Below, piece after piece: positions 25,715 through 44,000 of a DNA stretch of 64,000 nucleotides. The notes under the pieces were generated by a model that saw only the letters and a list, made by a program, of their open reading frames with translations, did not search any database and was not told the origin of the DNA. The number at the start of each line of letters is the position of its first letter. Within the stretch, counting starts at the first letter, position 1. The position numbers were made by a program, and so were the translations under genes. The stretch is taken from NCBI GenBank assembly GCA_964016885.1, contig OZ024751.1, forward strand, positions 9,734,001-9,798,000. The letters run 5' to 3'. The DNA is from Eledone cirrhosa (taxonomy: Eukaryota).

Positions 25715-27327
25715 AGTAATTATATACGGGGCTTACGACTAACATAACGGCTTCGCTGTACACATCTTTAGATGAACAAATGTAAGGTAAGATAATCCAT
25801 CCTAAATATGAAAGCAATTTTTAACAACACGCAGCACACAATTTTTCCGATTAAAAACACATATCAACCAAACCCTTTTTCTCTTTTTATAAATAACATC
25901 ATTCCAGCACATCCGCATATCTGCTTAGGTGTGCAAGTCATGGTTACATCAAGTGAGCAAATCATGTATTAGATGTTTTAGTGCCTTAAGATCCTATTGA
26001 ATCTGCTAATGAAAATCATTCTCTAAATGATGCAATTGCTAATCAATGGTTTAATGCTATCCGTTTTATTATTTTTATTTTTGCCTTTGTCACTATGTGG
26101 TTATTCGTTGTAGTGTGAGCGTGATAGTTTGAGAAATTATTCGCTTCATGATGTCAAGTTAATCATTATTTTTTCTCAATTATTTGTTGTTAGTTTTTGA
26201 AGAAGTGTTTGTGATGGTGATGAGATGGTGATGGTGGTAGTTGTAGTGATGGGAGGGGATTTCTATTTGTGATTCTGCTTTAAATAATGGTTTCTATTAA
26301 TTAACAACTCGAAAGAAGTGATGAAAAGCAAAGTTGACACCCGACAGGATTCGAACTCAAAAGGTAGTGGAGCATGATTAAAATGCTGTAAGGTATTTAA
26401 TATGACACTCCTCCCCTTCTTCTAACAGTTACCGCCATCGGTTTCTTTCTTAATAGAGATAAAGATAGGAAAATAAGGTTCTATGCTCATAAAAGTAAAG
26501 GAAAATTGCAGTCAAAATATATTTAGCATATTTATCGTGCTGCCATAAGATTTCAAATGTTCAATCAACGTATTTTGTTTCCAGAAAACATTAGGATACA
26601 TACCAAGGACATGAAAAATATTTTATATATGCAATCAATTATATATATATATATATATATATATATTTAGACATAGTCACAGATAGATATATGAGTATGG
26701 CTACCTTTCACGGTGTGGCTCAATGAAAAGATTAATTGAGCAAATAATTATTAATCAGAACTGTAAAAATGTGTAAGTTTGAAGAACAGTCAGATGAAAT
26801 ATGCCCAATTCTACAAGCCAACCTACCTGCCATCCGGCCTGCCATTCACAACCTTCTACTTTGACCGCTGGCCACGTGATAATTCTTACCCATTTTGAAT
26901 TCATTTCTGGCGGCCATCACTAGAAATTTTAGTCCAAACCTGAGGGTGTCTTTTGAGAAGCTCGAAACCTCATGGATAATACCAGGATTGGACATATCCA
27001 CAAAGTATGAGCGAAACTATCAATAGTCGGGACTAGAAGAATTTTGGTAAATTTTATATACATTTTTTTCTTCAAACTTACATTTTAGACTTACCTCCGT
27101 TTAATTGATTATTTGTCCAGTTAATTTCTACGGGCTAAGAAGAAAGACTAGCTAAATGTTATCTGACTGTTCCTTGCGGGGGATAGTCTGTGTCATTTAT
27201 CTGTTATTTCTTCGAAGTTACATTTTAAACTTAGCTCTATTTAAATGATTATTTATCTGGTTGATTTCTACGGACTAGGGAGAAGAAAAATTGGGTATAT
27301 TTTATCTGACTGTTCTTCAAACTTACA

Positions 27328-27388
<61 letters not shown>

Positions 27389-27467
27389 ACTTATATATTA
27401 TGAATAACTGTTGGCTTCTTGCTCACATTAATTTCTCTATTTTCATTTATATATATATGTGTGTGTA

Positions 27468-27497
<30 letters not shown>

Positions 27498-27499
<2 letters not shown>

Positions 27500-28198
27500 G
27501 ACCGAGAAACAAGAATGCCCTTCATCAGTAGCCTGCTAATTATCATTGATATTTTTTCGCATTAACGACTAGATACCTAAAATCAGTGCGAGCGATAACT
27601 AAATTAAGTTATCGGGACAGAGGAAAACAGAGGAAAGGAAACAAACAACATGGTAGTAAGCAACGTAAAGAGAGGAAAAGAGAGACAAGTCAATGAATAT
27701 TGTGGGCTTAAGTCCGACAAATCAAATGACGAGAAGAAACAGACGCGTCCGAGCCACGAGAAAAGTGAGAGAGGAAAGAATTTCACGCTGGTCAGACGGG
27801 GGGAAATGAGATAGGAGGAGTAGCACAGAGTGCGCAACAACGCAGCACGCCATTTTTCATTCACATATATTTTTTCCCTTCGCTGTGGTTTGTATTTTTT
27901 CTGTCACCTTACTGCTATCCTCTTTCTCTCTCCCCTTCTCTCTCCTTCACCTCTTGCTTTCTTCCATCCCCACTGCTGGTCACACACTCTCGGCTGGCGC
28001 CTTCCTCACACTTTCACTCACACCCTCTCTGTTACTCTGTTACTCCTCCTCTCGCACTGATTTTAGGTATCTAGTCTTTAATGCGAAGAAATACCAATGA
28101 TAATCAGGAGGCTACTGATGAAGGACATTTTTGTTTCTCGGTCTATATTTATTCATATGTTCATATTCGCAACAACGCAGCACGCCATTTTTCATTCA
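27498..28198 (+). mobile_element. Non-coding element with about 95 bp inverted repeats between (TA)n tracts, probable PLE pLTR remnant
   Basis: 27498-27593 is the reverse complement of about 28051-28145. Contains CTGATGA but no downstream GAAA stem. Confidence 0.55.
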
Positions 28199-28574
28199 TA
28201 TATATATATATATATATACATCAGAATGGATGCAGTAAAAACCTGAGTACTTGATACTTGGTGTAATAGAGTGTGGCAATATGAAGATTCGGGACCCAGA
28301 CGGCTGAGCTCCTGCCGTTTGTGACAAAGATGATGTGTGTTCGTAAATGTATATGCATGTGTCTCTGCGTGTGTATGTGTGGAGGGGTGTATACTCAGTG
28401 TGTTGCAGGATTCTCAGACAGATCTCAATTTAATCGATATTAATAATACTAAGCCCTCCTGTAGTATAGAATACTCATTGTTACATTTATGAATACTAAA
28501 CGAATATATACATATGTGTGTGTGTGTGCATAATATATGTATATAGACAAAGATATATATATACTTATATATTT

Positions 28575-30115
28575 TTTTCTTTTGGTCATTTTGGAAGCCT
28601 CAACAATGCAGATGGGTAATTCTCCGGGTAACAAGATCCGGTGGTGAAGAGAGAGATGTAAGTGAATGTAGAATTAGGTGTATAGTGTGTAGAAGAACGT
28701 AGGAAAGAGCGTAAAAAATAATAAATAAAAATAATAATATTATTTTTTACGCTCTTTCCTACGTTCTTCTACACACTAAACATCTCATTCTACATTCACT
28801 TACATCTCTCTCTTCCGAAATATAGGGTCAATTAAATCTCTCCCAAGGTAACTTGGGAGAGATTTAATTGTCCCTATATTTCGGATTCACATCCATCAAC
28901 TGGGGGTTTTCCGGGGGGAGGTTATCTGTCGGAGAGGGGCGATACGTATCCTCTGTTATTCGTTGTTTTGAATATCTGAGGTATTCAGCAGAGCATGCGC
29001 GCGCGCGGTATAAGTTTGGTCAAGCAAAGGTCGACGGCCGAAATAGTTCTTTTAATTGTGGGAGAGGGGCGGCGTTAGCTGTCAATCCATTGCCTCTCCA
29101 GGAAACCCGGGAAATTGACTGACGCGTGCTCCCTCAGAAACTGCCTGATGCGCCATACGAACTGCTGCCTACGCACATACGTCGTGTATAAGGTAGAATG
29201 TGACAAGTGCAACCACTACTATAGCGGTAGCACAATCCGACCGCTACACATCCGGATCAAGGAGCACATCCACACCAGGGCCTCGTCTTTCCGGAAACAC
29301 ATAACCAAATGCGAAAACAAAGACGGAAGGCTCATTGTCACAGTGCTAGTGACAGAACGCAACGTCGGCACGTTACGAATCCAGGAAGCACTTTGGATCA
29401 AACGCCTAGGGCCACAAATAAATAACCGATCCGAGAGAAGCGAGTTGATGTGGTCGATTTAAAAAAACGAGACAACAACACACGCACACACACACACAAG
29501 CGAGACAACAACACACGCACACACACAGTAGCATTCACCAAACAGGCAGACGAAATGAGGTGGTTGGTTTAAACAAACGAGACAACACACACACACAGTA
29601 ACATTCACCAAACAGGCAGGCGAATACCACCACCATACGATTATACTATACAACACTGCTGATACAGAAACAAACACAGATAGATAATACAATGGATTGA
29701 CAGCTAACGCCACCCCACTCTCACAATTAAAAGAAGTATTTCGGCCGTCGACCTTTGCTTGACCGAACTTATTCCGTGCGCGCGCGCACTCGGCTGAATA
29801 CCTCAGATATTCAAAACAACGAACAGCAGAAGACACGTATCGCTCCGCTCCGACAGATAACCTTCCCCATCCCCGGAAAACCCCCAGTTTATGAATGTGA
29901 ATCCGAAATAGAGGGACAATTAAATATTTCCCATGATAACTCTATCTCGTGTTATTTTTATTTGTTACGCTCTTTCCTACGTTCTTCTACACACTATACA
30001 TCTCATTCTACATTCACTTACATCTCTCTCTTCACCACCTGATCTTGGTACCGGGAGAATGACCTATTTGCATTGTTGAGGCTTCCAAAACGTCCAAACG
30101 AAAATATATCTTATA
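28575..30115 (+). mobile_element. 5'-truncated Penelope-like element with GIY-YIG and nested inverted pLTR pieces
   Basis: ORF 29115-29462: VVYKVECDKC...YYSGSTIRPLHIRIKEH...EALWIK...INNRSE. About 28815-29092 is the reverse complement of about 29690-29937, and about 28580-28715 of about 29965-30100. Confidence 0.88.
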
Positions 30116-30210
30116 TTTCCACAATGCTTCAAGCAAACTTCAATACTCTCTTATATATATATATATATATATATGTCTGTGTGTGTGTGTGTGGGTGGGT
30201 GTGTGTGTGG

Positions 30211-30302
<92 letters not shown>

Positions 30303-30376
30303 ATGTATATCTTTCAGAAGATCCCGTTAAGGGTGAAAGCAGCGATTCTTTGCTTAAACTTTAATCTGTTATTTTA

Positions 30377-30459
<83 letters not shown>

Positions 30460-30899
30460 TAAAGATGACGGCCGCATGTATGCAACAAACGTTTGGCAAA
30501 ACGACTGGACCAAACAGCACCAAACAGCACCAAATTTGCACCATAATTTGCACCATGGATGTACTTTTTTCCAAGAAAGAAAGTGAGGGTATTTTTGTCT
30601 ACTAAATTTCGTTATTATAAATTAAAGATATTTTATTATTTATCTAAAGATTCATTTCTTTAAAATTTTCAAATGTCAACACTTCCGGTTAGCGATCGCT
30701 TAAATAAACATTATATATTTTGCAATTTATATATAATACGACATTCCTCTTTCTTTCTTACTCTGTCTTTTTAGATAGATGCATAGCTATAACGTCGCGC
30801 GCTTATAATATCAGTCTGTATGCCTGTCTGTCTGCATTGACTTCGTTTCTAACCAACTTTTAATTAATTATATATATATATATAATTATATATTTGTGT

Positions 30900-33000
30900 A
30901 CATATTTTCAACAGTAATACTGTACTATATATTTTCAACAGTAATACTATACTATATATTTTCAAAAGTAGTACTGTACTATATATTTTCAACAGTAATA
31001 CTATATTGTACTACATATTTTCAACAGTAACACTATACTATATATTTTCAACAGTAATACTGTACTGTACTATAGATTTTCAACAATAATACTATACTAT
31101 ATATTTCAACAGTAATTCTGTACTATATATACTATATTATACTATATATTTTCGACAGTAATACTGTACTATATATTTCCGACAGTAATACTATACTATA
31201 CTATATATTTCCAACAGTAATACTATACTATATATTTTTAACAGTAATACTATACTATATATTTTCAACAGTAATACTGTACTATACTATGTATTTTCAA
31301 CAGTTATGCTGTACTATATATTTCCAACAGTAATACTATACTATACATTTTAAACAGTAATACTGTACTATATATTTCCGACAGTAATACTATACTATAC
31401 TATATATTTTCAAGAGTAATACTATATTATGTATTTTCAACAGTGATTCTATACTATACTATATATATTCAACAGTAATACTGTACTAAATATTTCCGAC
31501 AGTAATACTATACTACATATTTTCAACAGTAATACTATATTATTCACTTTTAACAGTAATACTGTACTATATATTTTCAACAGTAATACTGTACTATACT
31601 ATACATTTTCAACAGTAATACTATGCTATACTATATGTTTTCAACAGTAATATTATACTATATATTTTCAACCGTAATACTGTACAATACTATATATTTC
31701 CAACAGTAATACTGTACTATATATTTTCAACAGTAATACTATACTATATATTCTCCACAGTAATACTATACCATATATTTTCAACAGTAATACTATACTA
31801 TATGTCTTCAACAATAATATTATACTATATATTTTCAACAGTAATACTATACTAATTATTTTTAACAATAATATGTACTATATATTTTCAACAGTAATAA
31901 TGTACTAAATATTTTCAACAGTAATACTATACTATATATTTTCAACACTAATACTATACTATATATTTTCAACGGTAATACTGTACTATACTATATATTT
32001 TCAACAGTAATAATATGCTATACTATATGTTTTCAACAGTAATACTATACTATATATTTTCAATAGTAATACTATACTATATATGTTCAACAGTAATACT
32101 GTACTATATATTTTCAACAGTAATGCTATACTATATGTCTGCAACAATAATATTATACTATACATTTTCAACAGTAATATTATACTGTGCTATATATTTT
32201 CAACAGTAATACTGTACTGTACTATATATTTTCAACAGTAATACTATACTATATATTTTCAACAGTGATACTATACTATATGTTTCCAATAGTAATACTA
32301 TACCATATATTTTCAACAGTAATACTATACTATATATTTCCAACAGTAATACTGTATTATACTATATATTTTCAACAGGAATACTGTAATCTACGATATA
32401 TTTTCAACAGTAATACTATGCTATACTATATGTTTTCAACAGTAATATTATGCTATATATTTTCAACAGTAATACTGTAGTATACGCTATATTTCCAACA
32501 GTAATACTATGCTATACTATATATTTTCAACAGTAATACTATACTATATATTTTCAAGAGTAATACTGTACTATATATTTTCAACAGTAATACTATACCA
32601 TATATTTTCAACAGTAGTACTATACTAGATGTCTTCAACAATAATATTATACTATCTATTTTCAACAGTAATACTGTACTACACTATATATTTTCAACGG
32701 TAATACTGTAGTATAGTATATATTTTCAACAGTAATACTATGCCATACTATATGTTTTCAACATTAATATTATACTATATATTTCCAACAGTAATACTAT
32801 ATATTTTCAACAGTAATACTATAATATACTATATGTTTTCAACAGCAATACTATACTATACTATATATTTTCATCAGTAATACCGTACTATATATTTTCA
32901 ACAGTAATACTGTACTGTACTATATATTTCCAACACTAATACTATACTATATATTTTCAACAGTAATACTGTACTATATATTTTCAACAGTAATACTATA
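30900..33000. repeat. 27-bp minisatellite TTTTCAACAGTAATACTRTACTATATA (with 32-bp variants)
   Basis: Period 27 read directly (TTTTC at 30905 and 30932). About 2.1 kb. Confidence 0.95.
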
Positions 33001-33052
33001 CAACACAGACGACTTAGCATCTGTTTATCGAAGCGAAGCTAGGTACGTCAGC

Positions 33053-33820
<768 letters not shown>

Positions 33821-33994
33821 TATTTAATACATTAACAGAGAAAGCTTTAAGCAATACTCCGACCGACTTCCGTCTCACTCAACAAACATTAGGATATACC
33901 TTAGTATAATCCCAAATATACGTTTGGGGTGCTAACTATACGTATTTTGCAGATAGCCAGTTGTATTATTTTATATGAGACATAATTAAATACA

Positions 33995-34081
<87 letters not shown>

Positions 34082-34604
34082 GGATGCCGTAGAACACGCC
34101 AGCCGGACGAGCCAGCTAGTATATATATATATATAATTTTAGAATAAAGGAACGAAGTATCAGTGTTGCATCATAACATATTTAATAACATATTACATAT
34201 GTTTCACTGTCAATGAGCTCGAGGGACGATCTATTATTGATCCAACCTGACTCTGGAATCGAAAGATCCTCTGATATGCTTCAATGTGCAAGCTCGTCCC
34301 TTCGATTCCAGAGTCAGGTTCGATCAATACTACTCATATTCTGTTCGGCAAGAGCATCGAGTGCTCACCCAGCATACCGCCGACGGACTCAATTAACTTG
34401 TACTTCTAAACCTATATATATATTTATCTGTATATATAAAATTAACGAAGATCGTTGGTATTACTTCAACGGTCTCCGTCCAGCGTCTCGCTCACTCAAT
34501 GGAGTTGCTGAATTGCAGTAAAGGAGTTGCAATCAGCCGTTCAGAGTGACACATTTTGTTTTAACAGTTGCGGCGGTGGTGTTTCGGTAGAGAGCAAGGT
34601 CAAA

Positions 34605-34926
<322 letters not shown>

Positions 34927-35089
34927 ACACACAATATGTCCCTGCAAATCTCGCATCTATCTGCAATGAGCAGATCTTTAGTAAACATTCCTCATGTTAC
35001 AACGCAGGTTTAACGCAAAATGGATTCAATGTGAGACTAATTCACTCCATTTCCACTAATAGAGGACCCTGCTGGTGTCATAGCACTCG

Positions 35090-35720
35090 CAAAAATTAAC
35101 TGGTCCAACCTTCCATACAACGCTGGAGTTGCTACATTGCGCTGAGGTTACCACACCAATAGTTAGAATCTTCTTCGCATATTTAAAAAAAAACATGTTC
35201 CCCAGCAACACCGTTATCATATAGAAAAACCGTGAATCATTCTTACAGTACTACGCCTAACAAACATCGCTTCTTCTAACCTACCTAAACTCAATTCTAG
35301 TAGAACAGACACAAACCAACACATAAACAGAACCAGGCATTGCAACGGCACTAGTCGAAATGACTGCCCATTCAAAAGTAAGTGCCGTAAACATATTCTC
35401 TTTATGTGCATTGTTATAACAAAATAACTCCAATAAAATATACTTAGCTCCCGTGACCAGTGAATTCAAAACAAGATTTCATCAGAATCAACACACTTTT
35501 AGAAACGGACCTACAGGAGAAAATGTACCATTCAAGTTGCAATGGAGTATCTTGACTGAGACCAAACTGGACACTGATGGACATAATACATGCATCATCT
35601 GCTTCAAGGAAACTATCAAAATACTCTTCGTTAATGAACTACTCAACAGAAAGAACAAAGTCGTTAAATCGCGTAGACACATGATAAATGAAAATTACAA
35701 CAATCTCAAACCTCTTCACA
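35090..35720 (+). mobile_element. Old Penelope-like element, 3' half (linker plus GIY-YIG)
   Basis: Decayed motifs in order: INWSNLPYN (for WFNPP), SYSTTPN, CN...DCPFKSKC, EFKTRFHQNQHTF, QWSIL, CIICFKE, LLNRKN...RH. Confidence 0.72.
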
Positions 35721-36369
35721 ACCCTTTGAGGATGCGACTATTTGTAACTATTGCGCAAACATATACCACTAACACCAAGACAATTCATATCCAATAAGAG
35801 GCACTAGTTACAGGAAACTCACCAGCACAAGACGTACTTTGCAATTATTTAACATCACGAACGACACTCAAGTGAATGTTAAAGGAATATTACCCCTACA
35901 AACAGCAAATTCCTCAGACATCTTAACCTCCCAATATAAGGAGTTTAAATCCACACCAACACATAACCAACTATAACATTAAAACAACATCTATATTCCT
36001 AAACTAAGCGAACCCTTTATTTCCACGTACAACCCATCCGACAAGCTTCTCAATAGTTTCCGTCTAACCAATTTCACAAGAGGCTGTGTTTAAAACACTT
36101 AATCTAGATGCCACAATGTGAGATAGAATCCGGAACCTCAAGATTGCACTACAAACATTTCAACCACTCGGTGATGGCTGCATCTGTAAAAATATACCTA
36201 TGAATTAATTTATGAAACATATTAGTGGTCAACGTCTTTAAATAAACTATGGCATTTCTCAGAATTACAACCATGAAGCAAATTTGCATTTCTGGTTAGA
36301 GTAAAGTTTTCTTAAATATGCCTAATGTACGATAAGAAGGGGGATTAACGTCACAACAGCACATAACAA

Positions 36370-36741
36370 TACGAAGAGGTGCTTAAAAGTTAGGCTTTGG
36401 GTGAAAGAGAATACAGGGGGGGTTAGTTGATTATGATTTTATTCAACGTATTCCCCTCTCAGATTCACACACTTCTTGTAGCTGTCCTTCAATTTTATAA
36501 GCTCTGTAAAAAGAGCTTGGAAGTTTGGGCCTCTAACCAGGCCTTCGTAGCACATTTAAGTCAGAAGCTTTTCAGCACATCCTTCATACTAGAAGGAGGT
36601 AGGTTAACGTCACAACAGTACATGTCATTTTTGTAACACCGTAGATAAATTGAAATAACTATAGAAGATGTATTAATATACAACATAAAAAGATTGCTCA
36701 AGTTTCATTTTAGCCAGGAACTTTTTAGACCACCCTTCGTA
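36370..36741. mobile_element. Mariner-type MITE(s)
   Basis: TACGAAGAGGTGCTTAAAAGTT ... AACTTTTTAGACCACCCTTCGTA as imperfect TIRs with TA ends. An extra right-end copy lies at about 36565-36588. Confidence 0.55.
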
Positions 36742-37086
36742 CCAGAAGGAGAAGGGTTATCGTCACAACAGCACATAATAATATCTCACTTCTGTAACAC
36801 CGCAGAAAAAATTTAAATAACTATACAAGATGTATTAATATGCTACATAAAAAATTTGCTTAACTTTCACGGGTGAGTGAAACTAATAGAAAATTAACAT
36901 ATTTCCAGCATTGCTCATTAAACTCACAAACAATAACTATTAATGTTATTTTTAGCATTAGCATTATTTTCACAAGTGCGGATAACTTTTCTAATTTGTT
37001 TTATCAGAAAAACAAAATCATAGAAAAACTTAATAACTACTATGAATATCATTGCTTTCACCACTTGTTTATGGTAATAATAATTA

Positions 37087-38262
<1,176 letters not shown>

Positions 38263-38758
38263 TTGAATTGATTTCAAATGCGTTTCATTGCTTTTACCAT
38301 TGAATGGGTTTGCTCAATGTGAAACTGTAGAGTTTTTAGAAGCAACCGGAAGATTCTAGAAAGGTTTGTGACCCAATCACTATAAAAACATATTAACGGA
38401 CGTTGGTTGCGCTTGACGAATGAAACTTTTACAGTCATGCCTGAAAGCATTTGGCTTTTAGTCAATTTAGGTCCAAAAATCTATTTAGGGGATGCCGCTA
38501 AAATTTTAATGTACGCTGTTTGTTATTTGGACTCTTTCTTGATTACTCGCAATGTCTCGAACATTTTTACTTAATTCTTATTGTGTTTTTGTGTAGGCTA
38601 GGCATTTTCTATTGAGAACCAATTTGTACACTCACACATATATATATATGTATATATATGTATGTGTGTGTATATATGTGTGTGTGTATGTGTGTGGGTG
38701 CGTATGTGTGGGTGTGTATATACATATATATGTGCGTGTGTGCGTGTGTATATATATA

Positions 38759-38793
<35 letters not shown>

Positions 38794-39010
38794 ATATATG
38801 TATATATATATATGTGTTTGTGTGTGTATGCATATTTATACATTAATCATTTACATATATATACCTGTGTATATATATATATACACATATATATATATGT
38901 ATATTTATACACATATACATATGTATACATATCTACATATAAATGCAAATACGTATAGGTATATATATGTATATAGAGAGAGAGAGAAAGAGCAAGAGAG
39001 AGATGTATAC

Positions 39011-39136
<126 letters not shown>

Positions 39137-39723
39137 GTTCTTGTGTGTAGTTTGCGTGAATATGTGTGTATATATCAATATAAATACATATATATGTATA
39201 TACATTATTGTGTATAACTATTTTATTGGGATTGTATATGAGCCTGTGTTTGTGTGCATATAAGTGTTATATGTAAGTATGCGCGCGTGTGTGTGTGTGT
39301 GTGAGTGCACACGTATGTATATATGTGTGTGTGCGCGCGCATGCGTGTTTCTGTGACTATCAGTTTCGTTTTATAACATATACTAACATATAACATATAC
39401 CAACCTGCGCCAGTTTTTGTTCCGTTCAGATTTGTAACAAAACGGAAAAGTGTAGAGTAAATAATTCGCTCCGTTTGAAATCAATTAACATTGGAGTATG
39501 AAAATTCACATTAATAGATTCAATGGCAAGACATGCCAGAATCTGTATTATGGCTTTACTCTTTCATCTGTGATCTTTCAACAATATCGCTGTAATAATG
39601 TTCACCAGCTAAAAATTGTACATTAGTCGAATTATATGTCTGCAGTTCTTATATTTCCAAAACTCCCGCCCAGTAGTGCAGATCGCCCCACATTCATACA
39701 TTCACACATAGGAGAGACCCACT

Positions 39724-39773
<50 letters not shown>

Positions 39774-39890
39774 AATACACACATATATACGTATGGATAT
39801 ATATATAAACCTATATATATAAATATATGTTAGTATACATATATGTATACATATATATATATAAATATATGTTAGTATACAAATATGTAT

Positions 39891-39997
<107 letters not shown>

Positions 39998-41029
39998 CAC
40001 TAATATATATGGACGCAATTCTATACCTATATATTTATATGTATATGTTTATATTTTGTTGTCTGTATGTATGCATGTATGTCTGTATGTATGTATGTAT
40101 GTATGTATGTATGTATGTATGTATGTATGTATGTATGTATGTATGTGCATATGTGTGTATGCGTATGTCCGCATATCTCTGTGCGCTTGAATTGTCCTTT
40201 TTTTGAAATAATGACCATTAGAATTCCATAGAACAAACTAGACAATAGAATAGATCTTTCTTTTGCGATAAAAGGAAATAATAAATATAGTCAACGATAA
40301 AAAGTAGAAAAGGACTCGTACTCGTACAACAAAAGGTAGCAAATACAAACTTTTCCATTTCCCAAATTAAAGCCAAGGTGATTGCGATTCTTCACTTCGC
40401 TAAACTCAATATGTTTCGGGTGTTTCATTCTGAATAATGTATCGACTTTTAATGGCGCTTATTGTGAAGTATCATCGTCTCTATCAACCAACAGCAAACA
40501 GCCGCGAGTACCTCCAACTTTGTTCCATTTTCTATATTGAAGGTTTCAGTAACCAAATATCAAAAAAATATAAAAATATATTTAAAATATATATTAAAAA
40601 AATAACACTTTTAATGGTGCTTCCACAATGGAATCTGATCATTGTGGGGTTACATTGCTTTGATTATATAACTGTAATGATATCTACCATTCATATAGGC
40701 TATGAAGTGGTGGCGTTGGGGTGAAGAATTGAGAAAAGAGGATGAGATACAGTTGATGTTATATTTATATATTTTTTGAGTAGTCAAAAGTGGACGGATA
40801 ACATTGATAAAGCAATGGAGGCATAGAGTGGAACTCTAACTGTTCCTACAAATTTGATACCTCCTACACAATAATTTTTGGCAATGATACAAAGGTAACA
40901 TGTCATACTTGATCAATATTATTCGATTTTATTACCAGCATATTGCTGGTATTTGATTTATCGAGTTCAGTAAAATGAAAAACAATATAGTGTCACAATG
41001 TGTTACTATTTAATGCTGGAAAGGTGTCT

Positions 41030-44000
41030 ATATGTGTCACGGTGTATCGCTGTCTCATCTATCACAGTGTATTGCAGCTTCTGTCATAGTGTATTACTGT
41101 ATGTCTCTTCCACAGTGTAGTACAGCATCTGTCACAATGTATTGGTGTCTCTCTAACACAGTGTATTGCTGTCTGAGTCAGTCACACTGTATCGCTGTCT
41201 CTCTCTGCCACAGTATATTACTGTGTCTGTCACAGTGTAGTACAGCCTCTGTCACAGTATATTACTGTGTCTGTCACAGTGTAGTACAGCCTCTGTCACA
41301 GTATATTGCTGTCTCTCTACCACAGTGTATTACTGTCTCTCTACCACAGTGTATTACTGTCTCTCTCTACCACAGTGTATTACTGTCTAACTCTACCACA
41401 GTGTATTACTGTCTCTCTCTCTACTACAGTGTATTACTCTCTCTACCACAGTGTATTACTGTCTCTCTCTACTACAGTGTATTACTGTCTCTCTCTCCCA
41501 CAGTGTATTACTGTCTCTCTCTACCACAGTGTATTACTGTCTCTCTCTACCACAGTGTATTACTTCTAACACTACCACAGTGTATTACTGTCTCTCTCTA
41601 TTACAGTGTATTACTGTCCCCTCTCTACTACAATGTATTACTGTCTCTCTCTACTACAGTGTATTACTGTCTCTCTACCACAGTGTATTACTGTCTCTCT
41701 CTACCACAGTGTATTACTGTCTCTCTCTACTACAGTGTATTACTGTCTCTCTCTACTACAGTGTATTACGGTCTCTCTCTACCACAGTGTATTACTGTCT
41801 CTCTCTACTACAGTGTATTACTGTGTCTCTCTACTACAGTGTATTACTTCTCTCTCTCCCACGGTGTATTACTGTCTCTCTCTCTACTACAGTGTATTAC
41901 TGTGTGTCTCTCTACCACAGTGTATTACTTCTCTCTCTCTCTACTACAGAGTATTACTGTGTCTCTCTACCACAGTGTATTACTGTCTCTCTCTACTACA
42001 GTGTATTACTGTCTCTCTCTACCACAGTGTATTACTGTTTCTCTCTCTACTACAGTGTATTACTGTCTCTCTCTACCACAGTGTATTACTGTCTCTCATC
42101 TCTACTACAGTATATTACTGTGTCTCTCAACTACAGTGTATTACTGTCTCTCTACTACAGTGTATTACTGTCTCTCTCTACCACAGTGTATTACTGTCTC
42201 TCTACTACAGTGTATTACTGTCTCTCTCTACCACAGTGTATTACTGTCTCTCTCTCTACTACAGAGTATTACTGTCTCTCTCTACCACAGTGTATTACTG
42301 TCTCTCTCTACTACAGTGTATTACTGTCTCTCTCTACCACAATGTATTACTTCTCTCTCTACTACAGTGTATTACTGTCTCTCTCTACTACAGTATAATA
42401 CTGTCTCTCTCTACCACAGTGTATTACTGTCTCTCTCAACCACAATGTATTACTGTCTCTCTCTACCACAGTGTATTACTGTCTTTCTCTACCTCAGTAT
42501 ATTACTGTCTCTCTATACCACAGTGTATTACTGTCTCTCTCTACCACAGTGTATTTCTGTCTCTCTCTACCACAGTGTATTACTGTCTCTCTCTCTCTAC
42601 TACAGTGTATTACTGTGTCTCTCAACTACAGTGTATTACTGTCTCTCTACTACAGTGTATTACTGTCTCTCTCTACCACAGTGTATTACTGTCTCTCTCT
42701 ACTACAGTGTATTACTGTCTCTCTCTCTACTACAGTGTATTACTGTCTCTCTCTACCACAGTGTATTACTGTCTCTCTCTACTACAGTGTATTACTGTCT
42801 CTCTCTACTACAGTGTATTACTATCTCTCTCTACCATAGTGTATTACTGTCTCTCTCTACTACAGTGTATTACTTCTCTCTCTACTACAGTGTATTACTG
42901 TCTCTCTCTACTACAGTGTATTACTGTCTCTCTCCACCATAGTGTATTACTGTCTCTCTCTACTACAGTGTATTACTATCTCTCTCTACCATAGTGCATT
43001 ACTGTCTCTCTCTACTACAGTGTATTACTTCTCTCTCTACTACAGTGTATTACTGTCTCTCTCTACTACAGTGTATTACTGTCTCTCTCTACCATAGTAT
43101 ATTACTGTCTCTCTCTACTACAGTGTATTACTTCTCTCTCTACTACAGTGTATTACTGTCTCTCTCTACTACAGTGTATTACTGTCTCTCTCTATCACAG
43201 TGCATTACTGTCTCTCTCTACCACAGTGTATTACTGTCTCTCTCTACCTCAGTATATTACTGTCTCTCTCTACTTCAGTGTATTACTATCTCTCTCTACC
43301 ACAGTGTATTACTGTCTCTCTCTACTAAAGTGTATTACTGTCTCTCTCTACCACAGTGTATTACTGCCTCTCTCTTTGACAGTGTATTACTGTCTCTCTC
43401 TCTACCACAGTGTATTACTGTCTCTCTCTCTATCACAGTGTATTACTGTCTCTCTCTACTACAGTGTATTACTGTCTCTCTCTCTACCACAATGTGTTAC
43501 TGTCTCTCTCTAGCACAATATATTACTGTCTCTCTCTACCACAGTGTATTACTGTCTCTCTCTACTACAGTATATTACTGTCTTTCTCTACTTCAGTGTA
43601 TTACTGTCTCTCTCTACTACAGTGTATTACTGTCTCTCTCTACCACAGCGTATTACTGTCTCTCTCTCTACCACAGTGTATTACTGTCTCTCTCTACTAC
43701 AGTGTATTACTGTCTCTCTCTACCACAGTGTATTACTGTCTCTCTCTACTACAGTGTATTACTGTCTCTCTCTACCACAGTGTATTACTGTCTCTCTACT
43801 ACAGTGTATTACTGTCTCTCTCTACTACAGTGTATTACTGTCTCTCTCTACTACAGTGTATTACTGTCTCTCTCTACTACAGTGTATTACTGTCTCTCTC
43901 TACTACAGTGTATTACTGTCTCTCTCTACTACAGTATATTACTGTCTCTCTCTACTACAGTGTATTACTGTCTCTCTCTGCTACAGTGTATTATTGTCTC

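Noticed and set aside
26772-27327. Inverted repeat of about 38 bp between TA tracts, and a 29-bp inverted repeat at 34235-34329
   Set aside because: Both repeats are real, but MITE versus PLE inversion cannot be distinguished and no diagnostic motif was seen.
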